DNA of 64,000 nt from Bacteroidales bacterium (lineage in GTDB: Bacteria > Bacteroidota > Bacteroidia > Bacteroidales > JAQXIO01), in NCBI GenBank assembly GCA_029007825.1, contig JAQXIO010000067.1:3147-67146 (forward strand), given 5' to 3'. Shown piece by piece: positions 29,201-37,899 of this stretch; within the stretch, counting starts at the first letter, position 1, and each line of letters starts with the position of its first letter. The notes beneath the pieces are model-generated. The model was not told where the DNA came from, did no database searches, and saw only the letters and a list, made by a program, of their open reading frames with translations. The position numbers and the translations under genes were made by a program.

Positions 29201-32200
29201 TGGCGGTCGAATCAGGCACCGCCACATGGTCGATTGCCACTACATCTTTATCCTCATAAGAAACATAGGCGCACAGGCTCCTCGTCACCCGGTCGAACGT
29301 TACCGCCACATGCTGCCATGAAGCTTCGCCATACGCATCTTTCAACGGAACAATAGCCTTTTCCGATACGACCGTCGTTCCCCCGATACGTATCCGCAGC
29401 TTATTATCGGCCGTATAGCCGATGCCCAGTTTCTCTTTCGTCGCATAAAGCGATACGGCATCCTCGTCCCGGTCGCCGTTACGCTGCAGCCAGAACTCCG
29501 TCGTAAACGACTTCCCGTTCAGGTTCACCGGACCCGTTGTATAAGCCGTGCCCCCGTCGCCGTCGAACGACAGCCCCTCGTTATTGGCCGTACGCGCGCC
29601 GTTCGTAACCCCCTCGATCAGGAAACTTTCACTCGTAAGAGCCCCCTGATTGATCGGTTCGTTGAAATTCACCGCAATCTGCGACGACGGCAACAAAATT
29701 CCGTTCGCCGGCTCGGTACTCATTACCTGCGGGCGCTGCATATCTTTGATAATCGAAACCGGCTCGGTCGCATTCTCCCGCGCCGCACCCGTCGCAATGC
29801 ATTCGCTCACGGCACGCACCTCGTACGTGCCGTCGTTCAGGGCATTCATATCGATCGTATATTGTATATCGTTCCCCTCGATCACATATTTCGGTGTCGT
29901 CGTCTCAGATTCCCATGCAGCAGAATCAACGCAGAAAACGGCCGCCGTCACCCAGTCGCTCGTTCCGCTGCGCCGGTATTGCAAGGCAATCTTTGTAAAA
30001 TCCTTATAGCTCGTATCGAAACCGTCCACACGCACATAAAGCTGGTCGCCCGTATTATTGTTCAGCAAATCGTTGTTCTCGGGCGCCGTCATACGCAAGT
30101 CACTGCATGAAGGAGTGAAATAGACAGAGAAACGATCCACGTCGTAAACCTCGCTCGCCGACTGGAAACCGAACCACTGGCAATTCGAATGCAGTATCAA
30201 TTCTATATTTTCATAGTTAAGGCTATCCAGCCGCGACTGCACGAACTTAATCTGCTTATGAACCGTTTGTCCGGCAGGAATCGTAATATTGATGCCGCTG
30301 TTCAACGGATTCCCTTCAAGGGTAATATCCGCACCATAAGCATCGATTTTGGAGTTCGTGCACAACCCGTAGGTAATCTCCTTCCCTGCCTCCGAATTAT
30401 TGGACAACTTCACGTCGATCAGCACCTCTGTACCCGTAGGCACATCGGTCACCGTCTTATTGACAATTTCGATTTTCGGATTCTCGACCTTCTGTGTAGC
30501 CGTTTGCAACAAATGCTTGCCTGACTCGTAATACTTCGTCCGCACCTCGCCTTCATAAGGACAGGCAGTCTGTCCGCCCCGTAACACGAACACCGGCGAA
30601 GAAGCCGCCTCCTCGTAAACATCGACCGAAAGGTACGAATTCACATTCGACTCTTTCAACGTGTAAGTCGTCGTATGCGACGTTTCATCCGACCCGGAAA
30701 AAGAGGGCGTAATACCGAAAGAGAATTTCTGTCCGGGCATCGCCGTTACCCCGTTGCTGAATATATCACCGAAAAATCCGGTATACTGGTGCAGATCGAG
30801 ATGCAAGGCAACAGAGAAACCTCCACCATGGCTATCGGAGCGGGATGAAGTTTGCGTAAAAGAAGTTCCGCTATCGAACGAATAATTGTTCGTCACCTTT
30901 CCCCCTCCTATCGCTTCCACTTTTTCCCGCTCGTTTCTCGCCAAAGTCTCTTTCCACGCCGCAATCTGGTCGTTGCAGTTAAGAACAGCGTCGCCCGGCA
31001 CATAATCCGGTTGGCGTTGGGCTTCTTCCGAAGGTAAAAACATCATATAACTTTGTCCTTTCGACAAGTCGTTTTCGGGTCCCAGCGGATCATCGCCCCA
31101 CACCGGATCGTTATTACTCGTTCCATAGCCGGCATCACCCGGCCTCAAAGTCGTCAGGTAAATATTCTGGTCGGTCGTATTCACGAAATCGGACGGTATC
31201 GACTCTACCGTAGTAAGGTAACTGTTCCGCAACTCCTCCAGGTTCGGAATCACTTCGCCCTCGATTTGGGCGCCCGAATAGAGGAACGTCGTTTCGAAAT
31301 CGGTCGATACCCCGATCTCCTTATTCCTTCCGACAGTAAAAGTTTTAGCTTCCTGCTGATATTCCATATCGATATGAGCACCTTCTTCCAAACGATCTGT
31401 CTCATAGATACCGACCCAATTCATCTCACCCACCGACAAATTAGTACTCGTCCCGACAAACACATCGCCCGAAGCCCCCACATGCGAAGCATCGGTTCCC
31501 GTACTGACCGCCGATGTCGTCGTATTGCGCAACGTATAATTATAATTCCCGTTCAAAGTCAAGCCCAAATTAAATCCCAGATTCATCTTATTTCCTACCT
31601 GAGCTTTAATATTAGTCTGGACAAAAGGTGTTCCCACCGACTTATCCACATGATAACCGGTTACGACATAGGCTCCGAAACCAAACGAAGTAGAAAGCGG
31701 CATCGCGTCTATTTTCAGGTTGAAAGTCGAAGTAGAACCCTCCGACCGCGTGGCGCTGCTTGCCGACCCGGGAGGATCGCGGAGAATATCGGTAACAAGG
31801 TCGGGGCCTTTCGTTACAAAATTATTGCCCGTCGGGATACCGCCCAGCACAAAAGCCGAAAAGGTATCGTTCTCTTCCCACTCGTAAACCGTATTGGCCT
31901 TCGTCTTTACCGAAACGGACAAGCCGAGTTGGAAACTCTTATCCGGATTCGACGAATCGTAGTTGATATTCGGGAATCCTGCAATAAAACCGTAAGTACA
32001 AACCGTATCGAACGGCAGCTCCATATCTTTGCCGCTCACCGTAGAACCGTCGAGCGCCACCGAATCGAGTGCCAGAGCGTTGTTGACAAGCAACGTCGCA
32101 TCGGTAACCGGCACATAATCCTCTTCACCCGTATCGCCGTTGACATAAATCTCGTCGGCCGTTATTTCGAATTCGTAATACTGGTCTTTCAGGTAAACCG

Positions 32201-35200
32201 GAGCCCCGAAAGCATATTGCACGGCACTCTCCTCGTCGGCAAGCGAAGTAAGCGGGATCGTAATCGTATCGCCCGTAAGCACGTCGATATACTTATATTT
32301 GTCTTCACCGAACGAAGGAACCGAACCATTGTAAATCTTCGCCATTTTATCGGTCACCCGGATAGACGGGGTTTCGTAATGCACGAATTTCTGCAGCACA
32401 TTGCACGTAAACGTATCCTGCAACAGCTCCTTATGATCGCCCACCGTAACCGAGTCGCTGAAATACTGCGTCTCCATGGCCGCCATATCGGAAAGATCGA
32501 CCGTTATGACATCTTCACCGAAATACCCCTCTTCCGTGTAAGGCCGGTTTTTCAGGTAAGCCTTTACCGTATATTTCTCAGGAAGCAGCCGGGCTACATA
32601 TTCGCCCGAACCCGCTTCCGTACCGATTATATATGAATCGTTCCCTTCGGCATTGTTCTCGATCGCAAGCGACGACCGGAGCTTTTTACCGACACCGAAC
32701 GTTTCTACAGTATCCGAAGCGGTAATCCCCGGCAGCCTGTACTTCGACTTTTGCGGGGAAAGCTCGATCAGCACTTCGCCGATATTATTCCTGCTGAGCC
32801 CAAAGCCCACCTCGAGGGCGTTCTGCACGGCACCCCCTACGGCACTTCCGGCAATCACGGCGCGCGTCACGTCATAAAACATAAGCGGACTGGTCAGGTC
32901 AGACTGGAAATTATAGGTTTCATTCTTGGCCGGATAACAACCGTCGTTTTCAAACACATGCCCCTCTTTCGAAACGCTCAGCGTATGATTGCCCACAGGC
33001 ACGCTCAATTCGAAATACCCCTCGGTATCCGTCGTCACCATCGCACCGTCCGTACCGCTGATGGCCGGACTGCCGTCGATCATAACCACGGCGTTTTCCA
33101 CCGGAAACAAAGCGGTTTGTTCATCTCCGATACGTGTAGAATCGCGGTACTTCACATAACCCGTCACACGAAACGAAGAACGATCGAGAAAATCCACACC
33201 GTTTTGCACCGTCGCTCCGTTCGCCCCGATATGAATGGAAACCTCCGAAGGCGTAAACTGGTGCGTACCCATCATAGGCACTACCGAATAAGTCGTACCC
33301 TGTCCTTCGTAAGGCACACCCGAAATAACGTACGAACCGTCGGCATTGGTAATCCCTCTGAGCCAGAACTGGTTTTCGGAAGGTACCACAGGCGACGAAG
33401 CCACATTGAATAAATTACCGTTATTCTGGTTATAATTGTCGGCATTGACAAACGAAGCGTCGAAGAAATAATCCTTCAGCCCCTCGTCCAGGCGCCAGTA
33501 CGCATACAACCCAGCCTCATTACCGGCCAACGTACGGCCGTAATTATCTTTTATATGATCGGCGGTAAGCGCCTTCTTCCACAGGCGTACTTCATCCAGC
33601 AAACCGCAATAACCGCTTTCAATAGAGGGATCGGCAAGATTTCCGATCGTCGTTTTCCCCTTTGCCCCGGTGGTAAAAGACGGTGTTCCCGCAACCTGCG
33701 CCTTGCGCTCGCCGTCGATGTAAATCTCCATGCCATTCCCCACCACAATCGATACATGGCAAAAACGGGGACCCGATTGTCTGGCTCCGGGAATTTCCGC
33801 ATGCGCCATATCCAAAGGCGCCGATATAAGAGGCGACGCCATATTCTGATCCTGGCAAAGCGCGATCCGGTTGCCCGTAAGATAAATCGTAAACTCATGC
33901 TCCTGGTGGTACAACACAGCCTGCTCCTTCTCCATAGGGAGAATCCAGGCCTGCCACGTAAAGCCCTCAGAAGGCACGATAGACAAAGGCTCCTTCTTAA
34001 AGTTGACAACCGCGTATGCAGGCTTTCTCGCACCGTCCGAAGCCATCTTCGAAGTATTGAAAAAGAAGAGGCTGCGCCATCCGATGGAAAGGTCGCCCTC
34101 GTCACGCAGGTACAGCATAGCCGATGCACCCTGCACTGCATTACCGCCCGAATACGCTATTTTTCCCGTAATGGTTGCCAGAGGCTGTATAAAACCAACG
34201 ACCCCCGAACCGATTACCTTTTCGGAATAAGCCCCCTCCGCAGAAGCATCCTCCTGCGAACAATAATACTTCGCCACTACCTTATATTCATAGTACAATC
34301 CCGCCGCAGGCGTGTTGTCCGTATAATTTTCCGTCGTATTCTTTCCGTCCGAATTATACTCGTCTACCAACGCATATTCGGCCGACGAATCGCCTACCAC
34401 CCGCCGGTAAATCTGGTATTTTCCCACGAGCGAAGGAGACGTGATGCTCCACGTCAGCATTACCTTATCGGAATAAATACCCTGCGAAGCTTTTAGGGGC
34501 GATGTCACCTCGACCTCGGCCGACACGATCTGCGGATCGGTAGCCTCGCCCGTAACCACGGTTTTCTCCGGATAATTCGTAGAAAGCTTGAAATAATAGG
34601 AATAAGGTGTACAATAATCGACCCGGTCCGTATAAACCCGTTCGATATACGACTGGCAACTGCGTACCACCACGATCTCCTCGCCGCCGCCCGACCGCCA
34701 CAGGTCAAGCTGCTCCGACTCGCAATTCGGTTCGCTCCACTCGATCTTCATCTGCGCCTTATTTTCCGATGAAACAGGCGTTACCCTCAGCGAAGGCACA
34801 GTACCGTTATCTATGTTCACATTTACATTCATCGAAGAAGTATTGCAATCTCCGGAAGGAAATTCATCGGGAAACGTTCCGTGATAAATCAGGTACGTAT
34901 AATCCAGCGTACGTCCCGAAGTCCCGATCTTATGTACATAACTTTTATCCGAATAAAGCGGATTACCGGGCAGACGTACAAACTCGCCTCCGTTTTCGCT
35001 GCACCAGATAGATACCGGCGAATTTCGCGTATCGGCATTCGCCTCATTATCATATGCATCCCATTCGATCAGCATGGAACCGGAACAACGGTCGTAACCG
35101 ACATTTCGCAGATACGCCGCATCGTAACCCAGAAAATGCACCGGAGCCGTTTCGAGGTAACACCACATATTCCTGTACCCGTCGGAATTCGCATACTTAA

Positions 35201-36047
35201 AAGTTATGCTGGCATCCCATGGCCAGCTTTCGCTGAAAGCATCGAAATCATAACTGCCTTCAGATTCTAGCCCGGACATTTCCCGACTGTAGCCTATTCG
35301 GCCAAATTCACTGAAAGCGCCTATTTCCACTTTACTGGAAGAATTATTCGACCATTCGGCATTCCTCCAGCTGAAACGAAACGTATTACACGACTTCCGC
35401 TCTATTGTAATCGAAGGTGTTCTGGGTGGACTGACAGTTATCTGGTAATTCACCGTACTGTGATGGTCGCCACCTCCCTGCGAATAATTGCCGCCGCAGT
35501 CCGAATCCCTGTCCCAGAAATATTCGAGTGAAACCTCCACCCGCTGACCAATCAGATGAGACGGGCAATACCAACGGACATACGCCCAGCGGCAATCGCC
35601 CCAGTCTTCCAGGTCGCCGTAGCCAGACTCCTTCCGCAAATCCTTCTGGTGCACCAAATCCTTTATCACTTCGACATAGCCGCCGCAGTCGTCATAATCC
35701 CCGAAACCATACTCGCTGCTGCGCGACAAACGCCAGTCATTATCCCCATCGTTCCCCTTCTGGGGTTTCAGCGTCGATACGAGAATCCCGTTGACCCTCA
35801 CTTTTACATAGGCCATACGGTCTTCTACCCCGTAATTGTCATAATACAGGTAACGGAACTCCACATAAGGCTGGTCCAGAAAATCGACCGATACGTTTTT
35901 GTCCTTATGGTCGTACCCCCCCTCATGAAGGCGGATATGCCGGTCTTCGATAAAATCGACATCGGCAAACACGGAAACCGCAAAAAACAAACCGAAAAAC
36001 GATAACAATAAACGAATATCGAAAAAATGTAAAAATTTTGCCCTCAT
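26220..36047 (-). CDS. giant T9SS-secreted surface protein with three LamG/ConA-like lectin modules and carboxypeptidase-regulatory-like module
   Basis: 3275 aa. Signal peptide (..AVSVFAD). Three LamG-type endings (LDEVRLWKKALTADHI, IRDVRIWNEARMQGDI, IDEVRMWNSYREP). A CarbopepD_reg-like stretch (ITNADGSYVISGVPYEG). C-terminus ISVYPVPADYEITVNL...GVYMLVVTGDETRRVKIIKQ is typical of a T9SS CTD. The stop is 16 nt before the start of the next gene. Confidence 0.9.
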   Translation of the reverse strand: MRAKFLHFFDIRLLLSFFGLFFAVSVFADVDFIEDRHIRLHEGGYDHKDKNVSVDFLDQPYVEFRYLYYDNYGVEDRMAYVKVRVNGILVSTLKPQKGNDGDNDWRLSRSSEYGFGDYDDCGGYVEVIKDLVHQKDLRKESGYGDLEDWGDCRWAYVRWYCPSHLIGQRVEVSLEYFWDRDSDCGGNYSQGGGDHHSTVNYQITVSPPRTPSITIERKSCNTFRFSWRNAEWSNNSSSKVEIGAFSEFGRIGYSREMSGLESEGSYDFDAFSESWPWDASITFKYANSDGYRNMWCYLETAPVHFLGYDAAYLRNVGYDRCSGSMLIEWDAYDNEANADTRNSPVSIWCSENGGEFVRLPGNPLYSDKSYVHKIGTSGRTLDYTYLIYHGTFPDEFPSGDCNTSSMNVNVNIDNGTVPSLRVTPVSSENKAQMKIEWSEPNCESEQLDLWRSGGGEEIVVVRSCQSYIERVYTDRVDYCTPYSYYFKLSTNYPEKTVVTGEATDPQIVSAEVEVTSPLKASQGIYSDKVMLTWSITSPSLVGKYQIYRRVVGDSSAEYALVDEYNSDGKNTTENYTDNTPAAGLYYEYKVVAKYYCSQEDASAEGAYSEKVIGSGVVGFIQPLATITGKIAYSGGNAVQGASAMLYLRDEGDLSIGWRSLFFFNTSKMASDGARKPAYAVVNFKKEPLSIVPSEGFTWQAWILPMEKEQAVLYHQEHEFTIYLTGNRIALCQDQNMASPLISAPLDMAHAEIPGARQSGPRFCHVSIVVGNGMEIYIDGERKAQVAGTPSFTTGAKGKTTIGNLADPSIESGYCGLLDEVRLWKKALTADHIKDNYGRTLAGNEAGLYAYWRLDEGLKDYFFDASFVNADNYNQNNGNLFNVASSPVVPSENQFWLRGITNADGSYVISGVPYEGQGTTYSVVPMMGTHQFTPSEVSIHIGANGATVQNGVDFLDRSSFRVTGYVKYRDSTRIGDEQTALFPVENAVVMIDGSPAISGTDGAMVTTDTEGYFELSVPVGNHTLSVSKEGHVFENDGCYPAKNETYNFQSDLTSPLMFYDVTRAVIAGSAVGGAVQNALEVGFGLSRNNIGEVLIELSPQKSKYRLPGITASDTVETFGVGKKLRSSLAIENNAEGNDSYIIGTEAGSGEYVARLLPEKYTVKAYLKNRPYTEEGYFGEDVITVDLSDMAAMETQYFSDSVTVGDHKELLQDTFTCNVLQKFVHYETPSIRVTDKMAKIYNGSVPSFGEDKYKYIDVLTGDTITIPLTSLADEESAVQYAFGAPVYLKDQYYEFEITADEIYVNGDTGEEDYVPVTDATLLVNNALALDSVALDGSTVSGKDMELPFDTVCTYGFIAGFPNINYDSSNPDKSFQLGLSVSVKTKANTVYEWEENDTFSAFVLGGIPTGNNFVTKGPDLVTDILRDPPGSASSATRSEGSTSTFNLKIDAMPLSTSFGFGAYVVTGYHVDKSVGTPFVQTNIKAQVGNKMNLGFNLGLTLNGNYNYTLRNTTTSAVSTGTDASHVGASGDVFVGTSTNLSVGEMNWVGIYETDRLEEGAHIDMEYQQEAKTFTVGRNKEIGVSTDFETTFLYSGAQIEGEVIPNLEELRNSYLTTVESIPSDFVNTTDQNIYLTTLRPGDAGYGTSNNDPVWGDDPLGPENDLSKGQSYMMFLPSEEAQRQPDYVPGDAVLNCNDQIAAWKETLARNEREKVEAIGGGKVTNNYSFDSGTSFTQTSSRSDSHGGGFSVALHLDLHQYTGFFGDIFSNGVTAMPGQKFSFGITPSFSGSDETSHTTTYTLKESNVNSYLSVDVYEEAASSPVFVLRGGQTACPYEGEVRTKYYESGKHLLQTATQKVENPKIEIVNKTVTDVPTGTEVLIDVKLSNNSEAGKEITYGLCTNSKIDAYGADITLEGNPLNSGINITIPAGQTVHKQIKFVQSRLDSLNYENIELILHSNCQWFGFQSASEVYDVDRFSVYFTPSCSDLRMTAPENNDLLNNNTGDQLYVRVDGFDTSYKDFTKIALQYRRSGTSDWVTAAVFCVDSAAWESETTTPKYVIEGNDIQYTIDMNALNDGTYEVRAVSECIATGAARENATEPVSIIKDMQRPQVMSTEPANGILLPSSQIAVNFNEPINQGALTSESFLIEGVTNGARTANNEGLSFDGDGGTAYTTGPVNLNGKSFTTEFWLQRNGDRDEDAVSLYATKEKLGIGYTADNKLRIRIGGTTVVSEKAIVPLKDAYGEASWQHVAVTFDRVTRSLCAYVSYEDKDVVAIDHVAVPDSTASIGVLYLGANPGGAASLKGKIRDVRIWNEARMQGDIYASQSSVLSGSELGLMHYWPMNEAHGDLAEDRTSSRHMTVATDWFAGAGGKAAVIGSEGKALRYNSSVNGLVLPDENFTLEFWFKSGGQPSGTEAALFSAGKGDGTDAGNEINRRGALSVRIVYGDSVVLWSAGRKHNVAPDRYTDGSWHHFALTVNRNGYADVLLDGVQTYRVPGNEIGGIEQTYTYLGVLGYAETAGVVYSSPFTGSIDEVRMWNSYREPPLISHWMHTKMRGDEAGLTVYYPFERYVEDSFGQQTVEATAESGLLNSTVPAGPAECVDGTALVFGSDVPLLRDARPTQNIASTYVASSERVVVNINLEDKYIEKQNLTVTASGIKDLNGNDIEGAHSWNVYVLRNTLKWKSSFVETQKPVDEPLSFTASVTNLGSKSVSYSIRHLPWWLSVSEVSGDIGSVGATELTFHVDDELSIGEYEELVYLYNEDNGIAEPLRISLKVYGDAPVWAVDPSIGRDVVMTILGDLTVGGELSADTEDLIGAFSGNTCIGVASPQRVSDKLYETFVFMNVYNPQSSQPIVFKVWDASTGKIYSHVLPDDIVFNADRPLGTPGAPVHFVTGNTLQQNMALQQGWNWVSLTVDAKGANSVSALFEGHEGGISMIKSQSGGAIYQDGKWLNGALSMIPEEMYKVKSTTGTTVEIQGASLGGVRRLIHLSTSDNPAVPHGWNWIGYTPSVPLSLKEAFVNAVPQEGEMVKSQDGFAVYHSGMGWIGSLTTLRPGTGYMYKALSPRSFIYPETTLNSRSALAEAVPETSYWKPDPYAYAGTMIVIAQINNHIPGGADEIGVFAGSELRGAAVPQYVDGEGWRYLLYVYGDTPGEKLTFRYYDAARGQVFDIAESTTFVSDGLTGSLADPFVLSLKNWSGTDDAVSDGISVYPVPADYEITVNLDAPAEKAVILDASGAVVWQADRFEGGTVNIAHFASGVYMLVVTGDETRRVKIIKQ

Positions 36048-36330
36048 ATAGCACCTTTATTAAACTAAATCAGTTGTATTTAATCAATTAGCTGCACAAA
36101 GTAAGAAAAAAAATATTTATTTCTTTGTCCAAAGTTTACATTTTCATGTACAGATTCTACATAAATTCACACACAAGGAATATTTATTACACTGTAAAAA
36201 AACAAATTACACCCTGACAAAAAACAAACGGCAAAATAGAATATCTTTCTTCAAAAAAAGCGGAGAACCCGATTTATACGCGGAAGCATACAATCGTCGA
36301 ACCTTTCAGATACAACTCAGACAGATATAC

Positions 36331-36376
36331 ATAAAAAACCGGCAACAGTAGAGCGCAAAGGCTCCACCGTTGCCGG
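36331..36376 (-). terminator. rho-independent terminator after MarR gene (hairpin usable in both directions)
   Basis: Stem ccggcaac (36339-36346) pairs with gttgccgg (36369-36376), with inner gagc/gctc pairing. A-run 36333-36338 upstream on plus gives the U-tract on minus. T-rich sequence lies downstream on plus. Confidence 0.55.
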
Positions 36377-36469
36377 ATATAAAATTTTCAGAAAATAATC
36401 CGGATACTTCCTGCCGTTCCGTTTTGTCCCGCAACATACCATTTCCGGCAGCAACGATACCCGGCGAAA

Positions 36470-36823
36470 CTACCTGCCGAGAACCGACTTCAACAATTCG
36501 GGAATCTCCACCGAACCGCACTTTATTTCAGACAGGCGTTTCCGCCCCTCCTCCGTAAGGGAAAAATACATCTGGCGCTTATCCTTTTCTCCCAGTACAC
36601 GCTCGATCAGCCCCTTGCCCTCTACCGAACGGATTACCTTCGATGTATTCGAAGCTGTAAGCCCCAGCAGCTCCGCGATCTCTCCCGACGAAAGCCGCTC
36701 TGCCCTGCTCAGGCTGCACAGCAACATCCCCTCGTTGAGGCATAGACGATGCTCCTTCTCGAAACGCCCCTCGAATTCGGCGATCGAACGGTAAATATCA
36801 CGTATTTTACATAAAGTCTCCAT
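36470..36823 (-). CDS. MarR-family transcriptional regulator
   Basis: 117 aa from ATG 36823. wHTH core (LNEGMLLCSLSRAERLSSGEIAELLGLTASNTSKVIRSVEGKGLIERV..DKRQMYFSLTEEG). Confidence 0.85.
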   Translation of the reverse strand: METLCKIRDIYRSIAEFEGRFEKEHRLCLNEGMLLCSLSRAERLSSGEIAELLGLTASNTSKVIRSVEGKGLIERVLGEKDKRQMYFSLTEEGRKRLSEIKCGSVEIPELLKSVLGR

Positions 36824-36939
36824 AAAACGTTCTTCTTTTTTCTCTGAATTACTCACGGCGCAGGAAAATATTCCCGCCACCGGAAGAATAACACCTGCAA
36901 AAATAGCAACTATGTACCTTTCACAGGTATAATCCCCTC

Positions 36940-37431
36940 TTATTTATTCAGCAACACCTTGTCGATCGCCTCCTTGAACGACGCCTTCGGCATAGCCCCC
37001 TGCGCCATCTGAGGCTGTCCCTCCATAGGAATAAACAACAGCGACGGAATACTGCGGATACCGAAAGCCGCCGCAAGCTCCTGCTCCCTCTCCGTATTTA
37101 CCTTATAAATATAAATCTCGCCGGCATATTCGGCGGCAAGCTCCTCGAGGATAGGAGCAATACTCTTGCACGGCCCGCACCAGGAAGCGTAAAAATCGAC
37201 GATCGCAGGCTTATCGCCCAGATATTTCCACTCCGAAGGATTCCCCTCGAAATCCGCCACTTTACTCAAAAAATCCGCTTTTGTCAATTCGATTGTTTTC
37301 ATCTTATTTTCACTTTTTAATTGATTATTGTTCTGTTTCTCCTGTGTCTGCGCATTACCGCAAGCCACAAGCCCCCCTGCCATAAACAATACGGCAAAGA
37401 GTTTTCTTATCTGTATTCTATTCATTTTCAT
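36940..37431 (-). CDS. thioredoxin-family lipoprotein
   Basis: Lipobox LVAC. WCGPC active site. Thioredoxin fold motifs (VDFYASWCGPCK, RSIPSLLF). Confidence 0.9.
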   Translation of the reverse strand: MKMNRIQIRKLFAVLFMAGGLVACGNAQTQEKQNNNQLKSENKMKTIELTKADFLSKVADFEGNPSEWKYLGDKPAIVDFYASWCGPCKSIAPILEELAAEYAGEIYIYKVNTEREQELAAAFGIRSIPSLLFIPMEGQPQMAQGAMPKASFKEAIDKVLLNK

Positions 37432-37528
37432 AATTCCTAATCATTATGCCGGACCCCTCCCGCCCGCGATGCAGCCGAAAGAACGGCACAACTCAGAGGC
37501 AACGGAACACATCCGGCGGTTTTACAAC

Positions 37529-37738
37529 CTATTTCTCTTTCGGCACATCCCGCTCGAAAGCATTAAAAAGCAGGCCGCCCAGAACCGCCCCCCATAGAGC
37601 GCTGTTTACGGGCGAAGAGGTAATCGGGCACGAACCGCTGCTGCACCCTATAAAATACCAGTACAGAAAGCCACCCAACGCACCAGTCAGTACGCCGGTC
37701 AATGTCACCCAGTGACGCTTTAAAAACATCTTTATCAT
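37529..37738 (-). CDS. small two-helix membrane protein with CSSGSC motif
   Basis: 69 aa, two Gly-rich hydrophobic helices flanking IGCSSGSCPI. Positioned between the persulfide reductase and thioredoxin genes on the same strand. Confidence 0.55.
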   Translation of the reverse strand: MIKMFLKRHWVTLTGVLTGALGGFLYWYFIGCSSGSCPITSSPVNSALWGAVLGGLLFNAFERDVPKEK

Positions 37739-37899
37739 AACCCGTTCATTTTTTAATTAGACACTCTTTTTTATCCGGTAACGATCCGGATTCTGTCACC
37801 TTCCGGCACATGCCCCGTCAGACACGCACACTCTCTCTTTTCAGGGAAAACCCCGCTACCGGAAATATTCCGGCGGCACAGCATTCCGCATACGCCTTT

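Noticed and set aside
26184-35270. Plus-strand ORFs (e.g. 27267-28652 at 461 aa, 31053-32636 at 527 aa, 33555-34496 at 313 aa) antisense to the 3275-aa gene
   Set aside because: Same reasoning: Arg/His-rich nonsense composition, fully nested in a well-supported minus-strand CDS.
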